A DNA stretch of 64,000 nucleotides, from contig CAZMOM010000004.1 in assembly GCA_964568075.1 (NCBI GenBank), positions 89,227-153,226 of the forward strand, read 5' to 3'. Under the pieces are notes generated by a model. The model ran no database searches, had not been told where the DNA came from, and saw nothing but the letters and a program-made list of their open reading frames with translations. A program made the position numbers and the translations under genes. The stretch is from an uncultured Gammaproteobacteria bacterium. Its GTDB lineage: Bacteria; Pseudomonadota; Gammaproteobacteria; Steroidobacterales; MnTg04. This document shows, piece by piece, positions 7,279 through 18,602 of this stretch; position 1 is the first letter of the stretch, and each line of letters starts with the position of its first letter.

Positions 7279-8502
7279 TCAACCGCGGTCGGCGAGCACG
7301 GTTTCGGAATGAGTATCCTTCCCCTGCGGGCCGTCGAAGCGTGGCTCGGCGTGCACTTTGTTTCGACCTGCGGATTTTGCTACGTACAAGGCCTCGTCCG
7401 CGCGTCGGATGGTCTCCTTGATGTCTTCATTTGCCCGGTACTGAGACACGCCGACCGAAACGGTGACCTTAATATTATCAACGAATTTTCTTTCAGCTGT
7501 CAGTTCACGGATGCGCTCCGCGCAGTTGACGGCGCCCGGCAGGCCGGTTGCCGGCAGCAGAACGATAAATTCCTCGCCACCGTAACGACCCATCGGATGT
7601 CCACGGCGGCGAACCTGATCCATCGTCCGCAGCACGCTACTCGCCCGTAAGGTAAATTCCGCGAGGACCTGGTCGCCGGCCAGGTGCCCGAAGCGGTCGT
7701 TGACGCGCTTGAAATGGTCGAGGTCGAAGATGCAGATCGAAAAAGTTTGGTTCTTGTCATCGGCGCGGATTTTTTCCTGATCGAGGCTGCCCATGATGAA
7801 ACGGCGACTGTACGCTCTCGTCAGGTCGTCTCTGTCCGCCTGATAGGTCACGCTCTCGACGGAGCGCCTCAGGTCACGATTTTGTTGGCGCAGCGTCTGC
7901 TTGAGGCGGCCAACGTAATTACCGAAATAGGCGCACCAGATGACCATGACCGACAGGACTGCAAAGTGTAACGATTCGCGGGTACGTTCTGCCTGACCAG
8001 CATCGAATACACCTTCGGACGCCAAAAGGAAGCCGTAACCGGCCAGCGCAAAAAGTGCCAGGAAGACAAGTTCGCCTCTGCTCAACTGGAACATGCCAAA
8101 CAGCATCGTCATGACATAGACCATCAGCATCAGGTCGCGAGCCGGAGGTGAAAAATACATCAACGCCAGGATCCAGCACATGGCGACCATGCATTGAAAA
8201 AGCGTCAGCGACGGATCCGTGAATAACTTGTTCAGGCCCGAACGAATCACAACGAAGACGACAGAATTGCTAATCACGATACCGCCCACCATCAGCAGCA
8301 TTGGATGAATCGGCAGCGACAAATCATTCTCGATCGGCAGAACGCCACCGAAATATCCGGCGAGGCCCAAGGCGATCCACAGGCCATACGATATTACCGC
8401 CATAAAAAAACGGCGCAGGCGAAGAGCCTGCTTTTCGTCATTCGTCGGTATGATCGATATATCCACGCACCAATCCCTGGACCAGCGTATGCCGCACAGC
8501 AT
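7279..8502 (-). CDS. membrane-anchored diguanylate cyclase (GGDEF domain)
   Basis: The N-terminal half has multiple TM helices. The C-terminal half has FDLDHFKRVNDRFGHLAGD and the active-site motif GRYGGEEFIVLL. Confidence 0.9.
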   Translation of the reverse strand: MLCGIRWSRDWCVDISIIPTNDEKQALRLRRFFMAVISYGLWIALGLAGYFGGVLPIENDLSLPIHPMLLMVGGIVISNSVVFVVIRSGLNKLFTDPSLTLFQCMVAMCWILALMYFSPPARDLMLMVYVMTMLFGMFQLSRGELVFLALFALAGYGFLLASEGVFDAGQAERTRESLHFAVLSVMVIWCAYFGNYVGRLKQTLRQQNRDLRRSVESVTYQADRDDLTRAYSRRFIMGSLDQEKIRADDKNQTFSICIFDLDHFKRVNDRFGHLAGDQVLAEFTLRASSVLRTMDQVRRRGHPMGRYGGEEFIVLLPATGLPGAVNCAERIRELTAERKFVDNIKVTVSVGVSQYRANEDIKETIRRADEALYVAKSAGRNKVHAEPRFDGPQGKDTHSETVLADRG

Positions 8503-8668
8503 CAGGGAAAACGCGTTTCAAAAACGTGAGCAAGTTCGCACTCACGGCAAACAAAGGCTTATGTAAAATGACTTATATCAAAAACCCCGAATCTATTGGT
8601 CTTCAACCAGATGATGTTGGTCGGGCAGAGTGGCAAAACCGGGGTGAAAACAACGATGCGCTCAGCGC

Positions 8669-9838
8669 TTAGCCCAGGATACTTTCGCGCCGGTAAAAGC
8701 GGCCCGCGAGCCAGGTGAAAACAATACCGGCAAGCAGAGTGCTCGCTGCCGAGGCCAGGATCCATTCAGTCTTCAGCGCTTCGCCCTTCATCAGCGTCGT
8801 GATCAGCAGATGCTGGCTGAGACTGGGAACAGCCATTAACCCAAAACTGGGATCCAGCGAATAAATCGCCGCGAAAATAATCGGCAACGTAGGCACGAGC
8901 AGAACCGCCGTCAGATAGGTCTGTGCTTCTTTATAGCTGCGAGTAAACGACGCGACGAGCGTCATCAGGCCGGCGCCGAACAGGGTAAATGGCAGCATTA
9001 CCGCGAACACGGACAGCGCGATCGCCGGCCCGAAATTCGCCTGCATGCCGAGTGCCTGGAGATCGATGAAATTAATGCTGATAGAAAACGCGGTTACGGT
9101 CAGCGCTAATGCCACCAGCATGAATGTGCAGGTTGCCGCGACCTTGCCAAGAATCAACTGGCCGGTGGGTACCGGCAGGGTCAGCAACGGTTCCAGTGAG
9201 CCACGCTCCCGTTCACCTGCCGTCGTGTCGATCGCCAGGTACATGCCGCCCATCAACATCGAAAATAATATGAAGTAGGTCATCATGCCGAGTACGATCA
9301 GCGCTCGTCCTACCGCTGTGGAAACATCGACTTCGTCAACGACCAGCGGATACAGGACCAGCGGGTTGATGCCGCGGGCCTGCAAGCGCATGGCGGCGAG
9401 TTGCTGACGGTAAACATCCAGCAGCGCTTTTACTTTGCGGGTATCATCGCGGTCGCTTCTGTTGGCGTTGTCGACCACCAGTTGCACCGGCGCGGCCCGG
9501 CCTGCGCGAATCTGTTCACCGAGCGATGCGGGGATGACCAGCACCATGCTTACATCGCCACGGCTGACCGCCTCGCGAGCGTCCGCCGGGCCGGGCACAA
9601 CTTTGACGCCATTGCCACCGAGCCAGCTGATCAGTTCGGCGGCGTGTTCCTGCCCGCTGACAGGTAATTCAAGCAGCTCGTCGATATTGGAGGTCGCTTC
9701 GTTAAGCATGATATTGATCATGAAAACGAAAAGTATCGGGCCAAACAACGGGCCGAACATCAGTGACGAAAGCAGCGTGCGCCGGTCACGCAGATTGTCC
9801 AGTACCTCTTTTACCCATACGGTCGTCAGCAGCGTCAT
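8669..9838 (-). CDS. ABC-2 type transporter permease (NatB-like)
   Basis: 389 aa with an N-terminal TM helix, a large periplasmic loop and a C-terminal TM bundle. Its start overlaps the upstream ATPase stop as ATGA. Confidence 0.8.
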   Translation of the reverse strand: MTLLTTVWVKEVLDNLRDRRTLLSSLMFGPLFGPILFVFMINIMLNEATSNIDELLELPVSGQEHAAELISWLGGNGVKVVPGPADAREAVSRGDVSMVLVIPASLGEQIRAGRAAPVQLVVDNANRSDRDDTRKVKALLDVYRQQLAAMRLQARGINPLVLYPLVVDEVDVSTAVGRALIVLGMMTYFILFSMLMGGMYLAIDTTAGERERGSLEPLLTLPVPTGQLILGKVAATCTFMLVALALTVTAFSISINFIDLQALGMQANFGPAIALSVFAVMLPFTLFGAGLMTLVASFTRSYKEAQTYLTAVLLVPTLPIIFAAIYSLDPSFGLMAVPSLSQHLLITTLMKGEALKTEWILASAASTLLAGIVFTWLAGRFYRRESILG

Positions 9839-10563
9839 CGCGCATTCTCCAACCCGACGAGATCAACAAATGCGGACTCCAGGTCATCAGCGCCGGTTCT
9901 GGCAAGAATTTTCTCCGGCGTGCCATCGGCGACGACCCGGCCATGGGCGATGATGACAATCTGGTCGGCCAGTGCGGCGACCTCCTGCATGATATGGCTG
10001 GATAGCAAGATGCAATGCCCCTGGTCTTTCAATTCCAGCAGCAACTTGCGTAGAGATCGCGTCGCCATCACGTCCAGGCCATTGGTGGGTTCATCCAGCA
10101 GAAGGTTTTTTGGCTGGTGTACGAGTGCGCGCGCTAGCGCGACTCGGGTTCGTTCACCCTGGGAAAACCCCTTGGCGTGCCGATCCGCGATAGGCCCCAG
10201 TTCCAAAACAGTGGTCAACTCGGAAACACGCTGTTCAAGCTCCGCTTTTTCCAGGCCGCTAAGCCGCCCGTAATAGCGGATGTTTTCCAACGCAGTCAGG
10301 TGCGGGTACAGACCGGCGCTATGCGGCAAAACACCGAGCCTGCGGCGTGCCGCTAGCAAATCGGCCTGGTTGTCAGCGCCGTCGATCAACGCCTGGCCGG
10401 CATCGGGTTTCAATACCGTGTAAAGCATGCGCAGGGTGGTTGATTTGCCCGCGCCGTTGGGTCCGAGCAGGGCCGTAATCTTCCCGTCTTCGGCATCGAA
10501 AGATACGTTGTCCACAGCGTGAATTTTGCCAAAAGATTTACTGAGTCCCTGTGCGCGTATCAT
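9835..10563 (-). CDS. ABC transporter ATP-binding protein (NatA-like)
   Basis: Walker A GPNGAGKST, signature-like FSQGERTRVALARAL, Walker B LLLDEPTNGLD. It has ATGA overlaps with both neighbouring genes. Confidence 0.9.
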   Translation of the reverse strand: MIRAQGLSKSFGKIHAVDNVSFDAEDGKITALLGPNGAGKSTTLRMLYTVLKPDAGQALIDGADNQADLLAARRRLGVLPHSAGLYPHLTALENIRYYGRLSGLEKAELEQRVSELTTVLELGPIADRHAKGFSQGERTRVALARALVHQPKNLLLDEPTNGLDVMATRSLRKLLLELKDQGHCILLSSHIMQEVAALADQIVIIAHGRVVADGTPEKILARTGADDLESAFVDLVGLENAR

Positions 10564-12137
10564 GGCGACGGCCCGTTGAAATCGAGGAAAAAGCCAGTCG
10601 GTTTTGTGTTTTTCTTACAGGAATCGTCCAGCGCCAGCGGATCGGGATTGGCGATAAACTCGCCCAATAACTTCGGCATACAACCGGTGCTGATCTGCCC
10701 ATGGCCTTGCCCAGTCAGCTCCACGTGCCGGGAATTGCTCAACGTTGCCATGGCCCGCTCGGCATAGGACGGCGGAGTCACCGGGTCCGCCTCGCCCGAC
10801 AGCAGCAGGACTGGTATGTCGCTGACCACCGGGGTCTTGAAATCGTCGTCGATTACGCCGGCCGGCCAGACTTCGCAAATGGCGGTCATGCTATCCAGCA
10901 TCACGGTGCCGAGGAATGTTTTTTCCAGTTCCGGCCGGTAGCTGTCCGGATCCCGGTAAAAGGGAACGTCTTCTGTGCAGACGATTGCGTTGTGCATACC
11001 CAGCGCCAGCGATGTGTTGATGCTGTCGGTGATCATCAGGGATTGCGCCAGCAAGGGGGCGGGGTTCCCGTTTACCGCTTCGTGCAGCAGCAGCGGTATC
11101 AATGCGACCGTAAGCGGCGAGTAATTGAGTAGGCGCAGAGCGATCGCCAATTGATTTCCGTCGAAGCGTGCTTCAGTAAGCTCACCAGTCAGCGGGTCGG
11201 GCAGGGTCAGATCAACAGGCTCTGCGGTCAGGTTATTGTTGAGCAGTTTCAGATCGGCCGCGGGGTCGGGAAATGCCTCGCGGCAGGCGGGGCTCGCAGC
11301 ACAGCGGGCAAAACCCATATCGAGAGCTCTTTGTGCTGCGGTCGCGATGCCGGGGCCCAGCGCCATATCGGCCGGCACGACGCCGTCGATCACGACCGCA
11401 CGCGTAGCTTGCGGGTAGCGCCTGAGATAATGCAGAGCGACTCGTGTGCCATACGAGCCACCAAGCAGGTTCAGTTGCTCGAAGCCGAGTACCTGCCTCA
11501 CCTCATCCAGATCGCGAACCGCGACGCTGGTCGTGTAAAAACGGCTATCGGTATCCAGGTTATCAAGACACTCGCTGACAACCTTGCGCATCAACTCTTC
11601 GCTCCACTCCCGATCTTCAATTTCCTCTTGTTGCTCACAGTCCAGCCGGTTGGACATGCCGGTGCCGCGCTGATCGACCAGTAAGATCGGATGCTTATTG
11701 CGAACTCTCGAAAGCGCCGGCGCGATGCTGGTGTAGAAATCCTGCGCGGCCTGCCCCGGCCCACCCGCCAGCAATGCTAATGGCGCGCCGCCGGCTGTTT
11801 TATCAACCGCCGGTACCAGCGCGATGTGCAGGCGGATTTTCCTGCTGCCTGCGTCGTCGCGGTTCTCGGTTACCTCAACCCAGCCGCAGCGGGCCTCGAT
11901 GCGCCGCAGACCGGATGGCGCTGTCAGGTTACAGTCTGCGAGATCCGCGGCAGAAACGATAGCCGGCGCATCTTCAGGCATATCGCTGGCGGCCTGGACA
12001 GCGGATACAGGCAGGACAAAAACCGTCCCGGCAACAAAAACCACGGGCATCCTGACCCATCGTATAAAACAGGGACAGCCCGAAAAAAATGAAAATGTAA
12101 CCCGGCGGACGAGCGATCTGAAGTCAGACATCGGCAC
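10560..12137 (-). CDS. secreted alpha/beta hydrolase (TAP-like / prolyl-tripeptidyl aminopeptidase family)
   Basis: [10 protein letters not shown], nucleophile elbow GGSYGT, C-terminal SGEADPVTP and GQGHG. The likely true start is ATG 12050, giving the signal peptide [20 protein letters not shown]. Confidence 0.8.
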   Translation of the reverse strand: MPMSDFRSLVRRVTFSFFSGCPCFIRWVRMPVVFVAGTVFVLPVSAVQAASDMPEDAPAIVSAADLADCNLTAPSGLRRIEARCGWVEVTENRDDAGSRKIRLHIALVPAVDKTAGGAPLALLAGGPGQAAQDFYTSIAPALSRVRNKHPILLVDQRGTGMSNRLDCEQQEEIEDREWSEELMRKVVSECLDNLDTDSRFYTTSVAVRDLDEVRQVLGFEQLNLLGGSYGTRVALHYLRRYPQATRAVVIDGVVPADMALGPGIATAAQRALDMGFARCAASPACREAFPDPAADLKLLNNNLTAEPVDLTLPDPLTGELTEARFDGNQLAIALRLLNYSPLTVALIPLLLHEAVNGNPAPLLAQSLMITDSINTSLALGMHNAIVCTEDVPFYRDPDSYRPELEKTFLGTVMLDSMTAICEVWPAGVIDDDFKTPVVSDIPVLLLSGEADPVTPPSYAERAMATLSNSRHVELTGQGHGQISTGCMPKLLGEFIANPDPLALDDSCKKNTKPTGFFLDFNGPSP

Positions 12138-12203
12138 AAGTCTCTATCGCTTCGCAAGTTGTGTAAAGCGGTTTGCTGGTCTGAAAGCGTCTCCGGACAT
12201 ACA

Positions 12204-14132
12204 ATGCGTCATTCGATACAGGCCAGTGATGTGATCAAGCACCCGGAAAAATTTGCTGTCATCGTCGTCGGCGGTGGTCATGCCGGCACCGAGGCGGCGC
12301 TCGCAGCGGCGCGCATGGGTGCGCGTACGCTTTTGTTAACGCAAAATATCGAGACCCTGGGTCAGATGAGTTGCAACCCGGCCATCGGCGGCATCGGCAA
12401 AGGTCATTTGACACGTGAAGTGGATGCGCTGGGTGGTGCGATGGCACATGCGGCAGACCTGGCCGGTATCCAGTTTCGCACCCTGAATGCCAGCAAGGGA
12501 CCGGCAGTCCGCGCGACACGAGCACAGGCGGACCGGGTGCTGTACCGCCAGGCAATCCACGCCATCGTCGAAAACCAACCCGGGCTGAGCCTGTTTCAGC
12601 AGACAGTCGATGACCTGATCATCAGTGACGACAGCGTCCGCGGCGTCGTTACAGGGATGGGGCTCCGTTTTTCGGCGCCGACAGTCGTATTGACCGTCGG
12701 TACATTTCTCGGCGGCAAAATTCATGTCGGCGAGAGCCAGTACCGGGGAGGTCGCGCCGGAGACCCGCCATCGAATCGGCTGGCTTCGAGACTGCGTGAA
12801 CTACCATTCCGGGTTGGCCGTCTCAAAACCGGCACGCCGCCGCGACTGGACGGGCGCAGCATTGATTTTAGCGAGCTGACCGAGCAACAAGGCGATGATC
12901 CGGCGCCGGTATTTTCTTTTTTGGGTCGGCGTGAAGAGCACCCGCCGCAGGTCAGCTGTCATATCACGGCGACGAACGAAAAGACCCACGATGTAATTCG
13001 CAAGGCGTTGCACCGTTCACCGATGTACAGCGGGGCGATCGATGGCGTCGGTCCAAGATATTGCCCGTCGATCGAAGACAAGATCGTACGTTTCGCCGAT
13101 AAAGCGTCGCACCAGATTTTTGTCGAGCCCGAAGGGCTGAACACACACGAGGTTTATCCGAACGGAATCTCGACCAGTCTGCCGTTTGACGTGCAGCTGG
13201 ATTTTCTCCGCAGTATTCGCGGGTTTGAAAATGTTCATGTTACACGGCCCGGGTACGCAATCGAGTACGATTATTTCGACCCGCGCGATTTGCGCGGCAG
13301 CCTGGAAACGAAATTCATTTCCGGCCTGTTTTTCGCCGGACAGATCAACGGCACCACCGGTTATGAAGAGGCCGCGGCGCAGGGAGTTCTCGCTGGCATC
13401 AACGCAGCCCTGAAAATTCGTGGTGACGCCGACTGGTGCCCGCAGCGGCACGAGGCTTATATCGGCGTGCTAGTTGACGACCTGATCACCCGGGGAACGA
13501 CCGAACCATACCGCATGTTCACGAGCCGTGCCGAGCATCGCCTGCTGTTGCGCGAGGACAATGCAGATCTTCGCCTGACTCCCGCCGGTCGCGAGATTGG
13601 CGTCATCGACGACCGCCGCTGGATAATTTTCGAAGAGAAACGCACAGCCATTGAGGCAGAGAGCGAGCGTCTTGAGAAAATCGTCCTGCGGCCGACGGAT
13701 ATTCCGCAAGATGTCGCCGAGAGAATCGGCGGTGCACCGGCTCGTGATGTCCGGGCGATGGAATTGCTGCGGCGGCCGCAGGTCGATTACGCAATGCTGG
13801 CGTCGTTGCCGCGAGTGCATGAGCCGGACCACGATGATCCCTGGCTGTGGCAGCAGGTCACACAGCAGGTCGAGATTCAGGCCCGCTATTCGGGCTATAT
13901 CGAGCGCCAGGAAGCCGAAATCAAAAGACTCGACCGGCAGGCTGGTGCCCGGCTGCCGGACGATCTGGAGTACTCGGAGATCAGCGGCTTGTCTGCGGAG
14001 GTCAGGCAGAAGCTGTCCGCTATTCGTCCGGCCACTGTTGGCCAGGCTGCGCGAATTTCCGGGGTTACGCCGGCCGCGTTGTCCCTGTTGCTTGTTCATT
14101 TGAAAAAGCGCAGCTACAAACGCTCGGCTTAA
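12204..14132 (+). CDS. mnmG: tRNA uridine 5-carboxymethylaminomethyl modification enzyme MnmG (GidA)
   Basis: FAD motif [19 protein letters not shown], and [16 protein letters not shown]. Full-length similarity to E. coli MnmG. The start is ambiguous (TTG 12159, ATG 12204 or GTG 12231). Confidence 0.93.
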   Translation: MRHSIQASDVIKHPEKFAVIVVGGGHAGTEAALAAARMGARTLLLTQNIETLGQMSCNPAIGGIGKGHLTREVDALGGAMAHAADLAGIQFRTLNASKGPAVRATRAQADRVLYRQAIHAIVENQPGLSLFQQTVDDLIISDDSVRGVVTGMGLRFSAPTVVLTVGTFLGGKIHVGESQYRGGRAGDPPSNRLASRLRELPFRVGRLKTGTPPRLDGRSIDFSELTEQQGDDPAPVFSFLGRREEHPPQVSCHITATNEKTHDVIRKALHRSPMYSGAIDGVGPRYCPSIEDKIVRFADKASHQIFVEPEGLNTHEVYPNGISTSLPFDVQLDFLRSIRGFENVHVTRPGYAIEYDYFDPRDLRGSLETKFISGLFFAGQINGTTGYEEAAAQGVLAGINAALKIRGDADWCPQRHEAYIGVLVDDLITRGTTEPYRMFTSRAEHRLLLREDNADLRLTPAGREIGVIDDRRWIIFEEKRTAIEAESERLEKIVLRPTDIPQDVAERIGGAPARDVRAMELLRRPQVDYAMLASLPRVHEPDHDDPWLWQQVTQQVEIQARYSGYIERQEAEIKRLDRQAGARLPDDLEYSEISGLSAEVRQKLSAIRPATVGQAARISGVTPAALSLLLVHLKKRSYKRSA

Positions 14133-14181
14133 TCTGCAGTCAACTATATACTTCCTGCGTGCCCACTGGACGGACACGGAA

Positions 14182-15813
14182 ATGCGAAGAGCCACAATTC
14201 TGCTTGGACTGGCTTTACTGGTCTGGATAGGCTGGCGCCAAATCGACGATGCAACACCTGGTGGCGAGCGGCAGCTCGATGCACAGACCGGTGTGCTGCA
14301 TCGGGGCAACGGACCTGAGCTCGAATCGATGGACCCCCAGATCGCCCGCAGTGACTCCTCGGGGGCAATACTCCGTGACCTGTTCGAAGGACTGACCCGT
14401 TTGAGTCCGGAAGGCCAGGTCATTCCAGGCGCTGCATCGGGCTGGGATGTCTCCGAGGATAGAAAAATCTATCTTTTCCACCTCCGACCGGAGGCGCGCT
14501 GGTCCAACAATGAACCGCTGACCGCAGACGATTTCGTATTCTCGATGCGCCGTCTGGTCGCTCCAGACACCGCTGCTGCCTTTGCATTTTTTCTCAATCC
14601 CGTCGTCAATGCAGCGGAAATAATCGCCGGGGACAAGGCGGCTGAAACTTTGGCCGTGAAGGCGATCAATGAGCACACACTGGAAATTACCCTCAATGCG
14701 CCGACCCCTTATCTGCCTGGCGTGCTGACGCACCCGGCGACTTTTCCGGTTCACCGCGCGTCGCTTGCCAAACACGGCCGCCGATTTACTCGTCCCGGAA
14801 ACCTGATCTCAAACGGCGCCTATGTTTTGACAGAAGCGGTGACGGGCTCGCGCTATTCGATACGGAAAAACGGGTATTACTGGGACGCTGTCAACACCAG
14901 CATCGAACAAGTTGTTTACCATCAGATCGTCGATCAGAACGCGGAGCTGGCGAGATTCAGATCCGCGGAGCTGGACATTACTTATACTGTGCCAAACAAC
15001 CAGTTTGTCCTGGCAAAGGAAAATTATCCGCAGCAACTCAAGGTCTCGCCGCAGCTGACGACCTATTATTACGGATTTAATCTTCGCAGACCGCCGTTTG
15101 CGGGCCAACCCGGCTTGAGGCGTGCGCTGTCCATGATTGTGGACCGGGATTTGCTGGCCAATAGCATACTGACTGCCGGTCAGTTACCGGCCAATGGCTG
15201 GGTGCCACCGGGTGTCGCGAACTACACCGCCGTGGAGCCGGAGTGGGCCTCGTGGACGATGGAGCAAAGGCTGGCAGAGGCACGGCGTCTTTATCACGAA
15301 GCCGGATATAGCGATGAACAACCGCTGGAAGTGGAAATTCGCTTCAACAGCGCGGACATCCATAGAAGCATTGCTGTTGCGATCTCCAGTATATGGCGGG
15401 ATACACTGGGCGCCAGGGTGAGCCTGCTCAACGAAGAATTCCAGGTGTTGCTGCAGGATATGCGAAACGGCAACGCAGATGTGTTTCGCAGCAGCTGGGT
15501 TGCCGATTACGACGACGCCTACACTTTTCTGGAGGTGCTGCATACCGACGCGGCCGCCAATTTCACCGGTTATCACAACGAACAATACGATGCGCTGCTG
15601 GAACAAGCTGCGATGACGCCTGATGTCGATCAACGTAAAGCGACGTTGCGAAAAGCCGAGTCCATCATGCTCAAAGACCAGCCGCTGATGCCGATTTATT
15701 TCTACGTCAACAAACGAATGGTCAGTTCGCGGGTCGATGGTTGGAAAAACAACAGTCTGAACATCCACTATAGTCAGGATCTGTCGCTGCACTCTGCGGC
15801 TAAGTCGGATTGA
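14182..15813 (+). CDS. oppA: peptide ABC transporter periplasmic substrate-binding protein (family 5, OppA-like)
   Basis: 543 aa with a signal peptide. Typical family-5 SBP features (GLTRLSPEG, YYYGFN, WVADYDDAYTFLE). It is followed by oppBCDF. Confidence 0.8.
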   Translation: MRRATILLGLALLVWIGWRQIDDATPGGERQLDAQTGVLHRGNGPELESMDPQIARSDSSGAILRDLFEGLTRLSPEGQVIPGAASGWDVSEDRKIYLFHLRPEARWSNNEPLTADDFVFSMRRLVAPDTAAAFAFFLNPVVNAAEIIAGDKAAETLAVKAINEHTLEITLNAPTPYLPGVLTHPATFPVHRASLAKHGRRFTRPGNLISNGAYVLTEAVTGSRYSIRKNGYYWDAVNTSIEQVVYHQIVDQNAELARFRSAELDITYTVPNNQFVLAKENYPQQLKVSPQLTTYYYGFNLRRPPFAGQPGLRRALSMIVDRDLLANSILTAGQLPANGWVPPGVANYTAVEPEWASWTMEQRLAEARRLYHEAGYSDEQPLEVEIRFNSADIHRSIAVAISSIWRDTLGARVSLLNEEFQVLLQDMRNGNADVFRSSWVADYDDAYTFLEVLHTDAAANFTGYHNEQYDALLEQAAMTPDVDQRKATLRKAESIMLKDQPLMPIYFYVNKRMVSSRVDGWKNNSLNIHYSQDLSLHSAAKSD

Positions 15814-15817
15814 GTCT

Positions 15818-16732
15818 GTGCTGGCATTTACGCTGAAGAGATTACTATCGGCGATTCCCACCTTGCTGCTGGTGATTGCGACCGCATTTTTTCTGATTCG
15901 GATCGCGCCCGGCGGCCCCTTTGACAGCGAGAGAAATCTTCCTGCCGATATCCGGGCCAATATCGAGCGCAGCTATCATCTGGACCAGCCATTGGTGCAG
16001 CAGTTCGGGAATTACCTGCAAGGAATCGTCAAAGGCGATTTTGGTCCGTCCTATCACTACCTTGACCGGGATGTCAGCGAACTGATTGCAGAAAGCTTTC
16101 CGGTTTCGCTGCAGTTAGGACTTGCGGCGCTGGCGTTGTCGCTGATGGTCGGTATAGGAGCCGGCACGCTGGCGGCCCTGCGCCACCATCGTCTTGCAGA
16201 CCACGCGCTGATGGGGCTGGCGATGACCGGGATATCGATTCCGAATTTTGTTCTTGCGCCGTTGCTGGTTCTGATATTCGCCGTACATTTGCACTGGCTG
16301 CCGGCCGGAGGCTGGGGTGGCTTGTCCGGGATGGTTCTGCCGACCATAGCGCTGGCTTTGCCACAGGTCGCCTACATCGCCCGGCTGACCCGGGCCAGTC
16401 TGCTCGATGTCCTGGGCAGCGACTTTTTGCGTACCGCCAGGGCAAAGGGATTAACTGAAAGCCAGGCGGTCATGCGCCACGCGATGAAACCGACCTTGTT
16501 GCCGGTCGTGTCTTACCTCGGCCCGGCGACCGCGGCACTGCTGACCGGGTCGGTCGTGATCGAGCAGATTTTCCAGATACCCGGACTCGGCCGGTATTTT
16601 GTCACCGGCGCGCTGAATCGCGATTACACACTGGTTATGGGCGTCGTGATTTTCTACGGAACGCTGATCATCTTGATGAATCTGGTTGTGGATTTGCTTT
16701 ACGCATGGCTGGATCCGCGGACCCGGCAATAA
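15818..16732 (+). CDS. oppB: oligopeptide ABC transporter permease OppB
   Basis: Near-colinear similarity to E. coli OppB (IPTLLLV..F..R.APGGPF, HLDQP, RTARAKGL, ALNRDY). Confidence 0.9.
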   Translation: MLAFTLKRLLSAIPTLLLVIATAFFLIRIAPGGPFDSERNLPADIRANIERSYHLDQPLVQQFGNYLQGIVKGDFGPSYHYLDRDVSELIAESFPVSLQLGLAALALSLMVGIGAGTLAALRHHRLADHALMGLAMTGISIPNFVLAPLLVLIFAVHLHWLPAGGWGGLSGMVLPTIALALPQVAYIARLTRASLLDVLGSDFLRTARAKGLTESQAVMRHAMKPTLLPVVSYLGPATAALLTGSVVIEQIFQIPGLGRYFVTGALNRDYTLVMGVVIFYGTLIILMNLVVDLLYAWLDPRTRQ

Positions 16733-16734
16733 AG

Positions 16735-17628
16735 ATGAGCGGACGAACGTCAACCACTGTTTCGGAGAGCGGGCGCAGCATGTGGCAGGATGCCGGCGAC
16801 CGTCTGCGAGCGAATCGTATTGCTATGCTGAGCGGCAAAATAATGCTAGCGCTTCTCATTTTGGTACTTGTCGGTCCCTGGCTGAGTCCGCACGACTACG
16901 CAGAGATCGACCTGAACCTTGGCTCTACAGGCCCCAGCTTTACGACCGGACACTGGTTTGGAACCGACGCGCTGGGCCGTGACCTGCTGGCAAGGACACT
17001 GGCCGGCGGCAGGATTTCATTGATGGTCGGACTCGCCGCGACCGTCGTTTCACTATTTATCGGTGTTTTCTGGGGCGCCCTAGCAGGCTACGTCGGTGGC
17101 CGGACAGACGCGCTGATGATGCGCTTCGTCGATCTGCTGTACGCGATGCCATTTATGTTCTTTGTCATTTTGCTGATGGTGGTTTTCGGTAGAAATATTC
17201 TTTTGATTTTTGTCGCGATCGGCGCAATCAACTGGCTGGACATGGCGCGCATCGTGCGTGGCCAGACTATCAGTTTGCGCGAGCGCGAATTTATCCAGGC
17301 GGCTAGGCTGATGGGCGCCGGCCCGATCAGAATCATTTTTCGCCATGTGATACCCAATCTGCTCGGGGTCGTCGCCGTCTATGTCACGCTGACTATTCCA
17401 CAGGTCATCCTTGTGGAGTCCTTCCTCAGCTACCTGGGACTCGGCGTGCAGGAACCGATGACATCCTGGGGTGTGCTGGTCAACCAGGGAGCGCTGGAAA
17501 TGGAGACCGCGCCATGGTTGTTGATTTTTCCCGCGGTTTTTCTGGCCGGCACGTTGTTCTGTTTTAACTTCATTGGTGACGGATTGCGCGACGCACTCGA
17601 CCCGAAATGCGGCGAGGCCAGACGGTGA
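16735..17628 (+). CDS. oppC: oligopeptide ABC transporter permease OppC
   Basis: BPD-transporter motifs (GTDALGRDLLAR, REFIQAARLMGAG). ATG 16735 lies just after the oppB stop. The ORF track starts at 16705. Confidence 0.88.
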   Translation: MSGRTSTTVSESGRSMWQDAGDRLRANRIAMLSGKIMLALLILVLVGPWLSPHDYAEIDLNLGSTGPSFTTGHWFGTDALGRDLLARTLAGGRISLMVGLAATVVSLFIGVFWGALAGYVGGRTDALMMRFVDLLYAMPFMFFVILLMVVFGRNILLIFVAIGAINWLDMARIVRGQTISLREREFIQAARLMGAGPIRIIFRHVIPNLLGVVAVYVTLTIPQVILVESFLSYLGLGVQEPMTSWGVLVNQGALEMETAPWLLIFPAVFLAGTLFCFNFIGDGLRDALDPKCGEARR

Positions 17629-18602
17629 GCCTGTTGCAGGTTTCAGGTTTGAATGTCAGTTATCCGGCCGGTGACGGGATGATCCGCGCCGTTCGCGATC
17701 TGAGCTTTGTTCTGGATGCGGGAGGGTCGCTCGGTATTGCCGGGGAGTCCGGTTCCGGCAAAAGCCAGACTGCGTTGGCCATCATGGGTCTGCTGCCGGG
17801 CAACGCCACAATTGAAGGCAGCGTCCGGCTTGATGACGAAGAATTGATCGGGCAATGCGAAGAGACGCTGTGCAAACTGCGTGGCAGCAAAATGGCGATG
17901 GTTTTTCAGGACCCGATGACAGCGTTGAATCCTTACATGAGCGTGGGGCGTCAAATTGGCGAAGTTCTGGAACTGCACCAGAAAATGAACGCAAAAACCG
18001 CCGCTGATCGGAGCTGCGAATTGTTACAGATGGTCGGCATAGAAAATGCGACTCGCCGGATCTCATCTTACCCACACGAATTTTCGGGTGGCCAGCGGCA
18101 GCGCGTTATGATCGCTATTGCCCTGGCGTGTCGTCCGCGACTGTTGATTGCCGACGAACCAACGACGGCGCTCGATGTAACCGTGCAGAAACAGATTCTG
18201 GAATTGCTTGGTTCACTGTGCGAGGAACTGGGGACCGGGTTGCTATTGATCAGCCACGACCTGGCCGTACTTTCCGGCCTGTGCGGAAATTTAATAATCA
18301 TGTATGCGGGCATGACGATGGAGTCCGGAAGGACCCGTTCGGTTTTGTCCCGCGCCAGGCATCCTTATACCAGAGCTTTACTGGAAACCCTGGCGGGGCT
18401 GCATGGCGACGAGGGAAGATTGCCCGTGATACCCGGTGAACCACCGGATTTTCTGCACCCTCCGAACGGCTGCCCGTTTCACCCGCGTTGCAGACATGCC
18501 TTCGAGCCCTGTGACAAAGTTGATCCGTCTTACAGGTTTTCTTCCGATAGCGATGAGGCGACGGCCGGATACGCAGCATGTCACCTGGAACAGCGCCTGT
18601 GA
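17607..18602 (+). CDS. oppD: oligopeptide ABC transporter ATP-binding protein OppD
   Basis: Walker A GESGSGKSQ, signature FSGGQRQRVMIA, Walker B LLIADEPTTALD, and the oligopeptide C-terminal domain (HPYT, CPFHPRC). Confidence 0.9.
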   Translation: MRRGQTVSLLQVSGLNVSYPAGDGMIRAVRDLSFVLDAGGSLGIAGESGSGKSQTALAIMGLLPGNATIEGSVRLDDEELIGQCEETLCKLRGSKMAMVFQDPMTALNPYMSVGRQIGEVLELHQKMNAKTAADRSCELLQMVGIENATRRISSYPHEFSGGQRQRVMIAIALACRPRLLIADEPTTALDVTVQKQILELLGSLCEELGTGLLLISHDLAVLSGLCGNLIIMYAGMTMESGRTRSVLSRARHPYTRALLETLAGLHGDEGRLPVIPGEPPDFLHPPNGCPFHPRCRHAFEPCDKVDPSYRFSSDSDEATAGYAACHLEQRL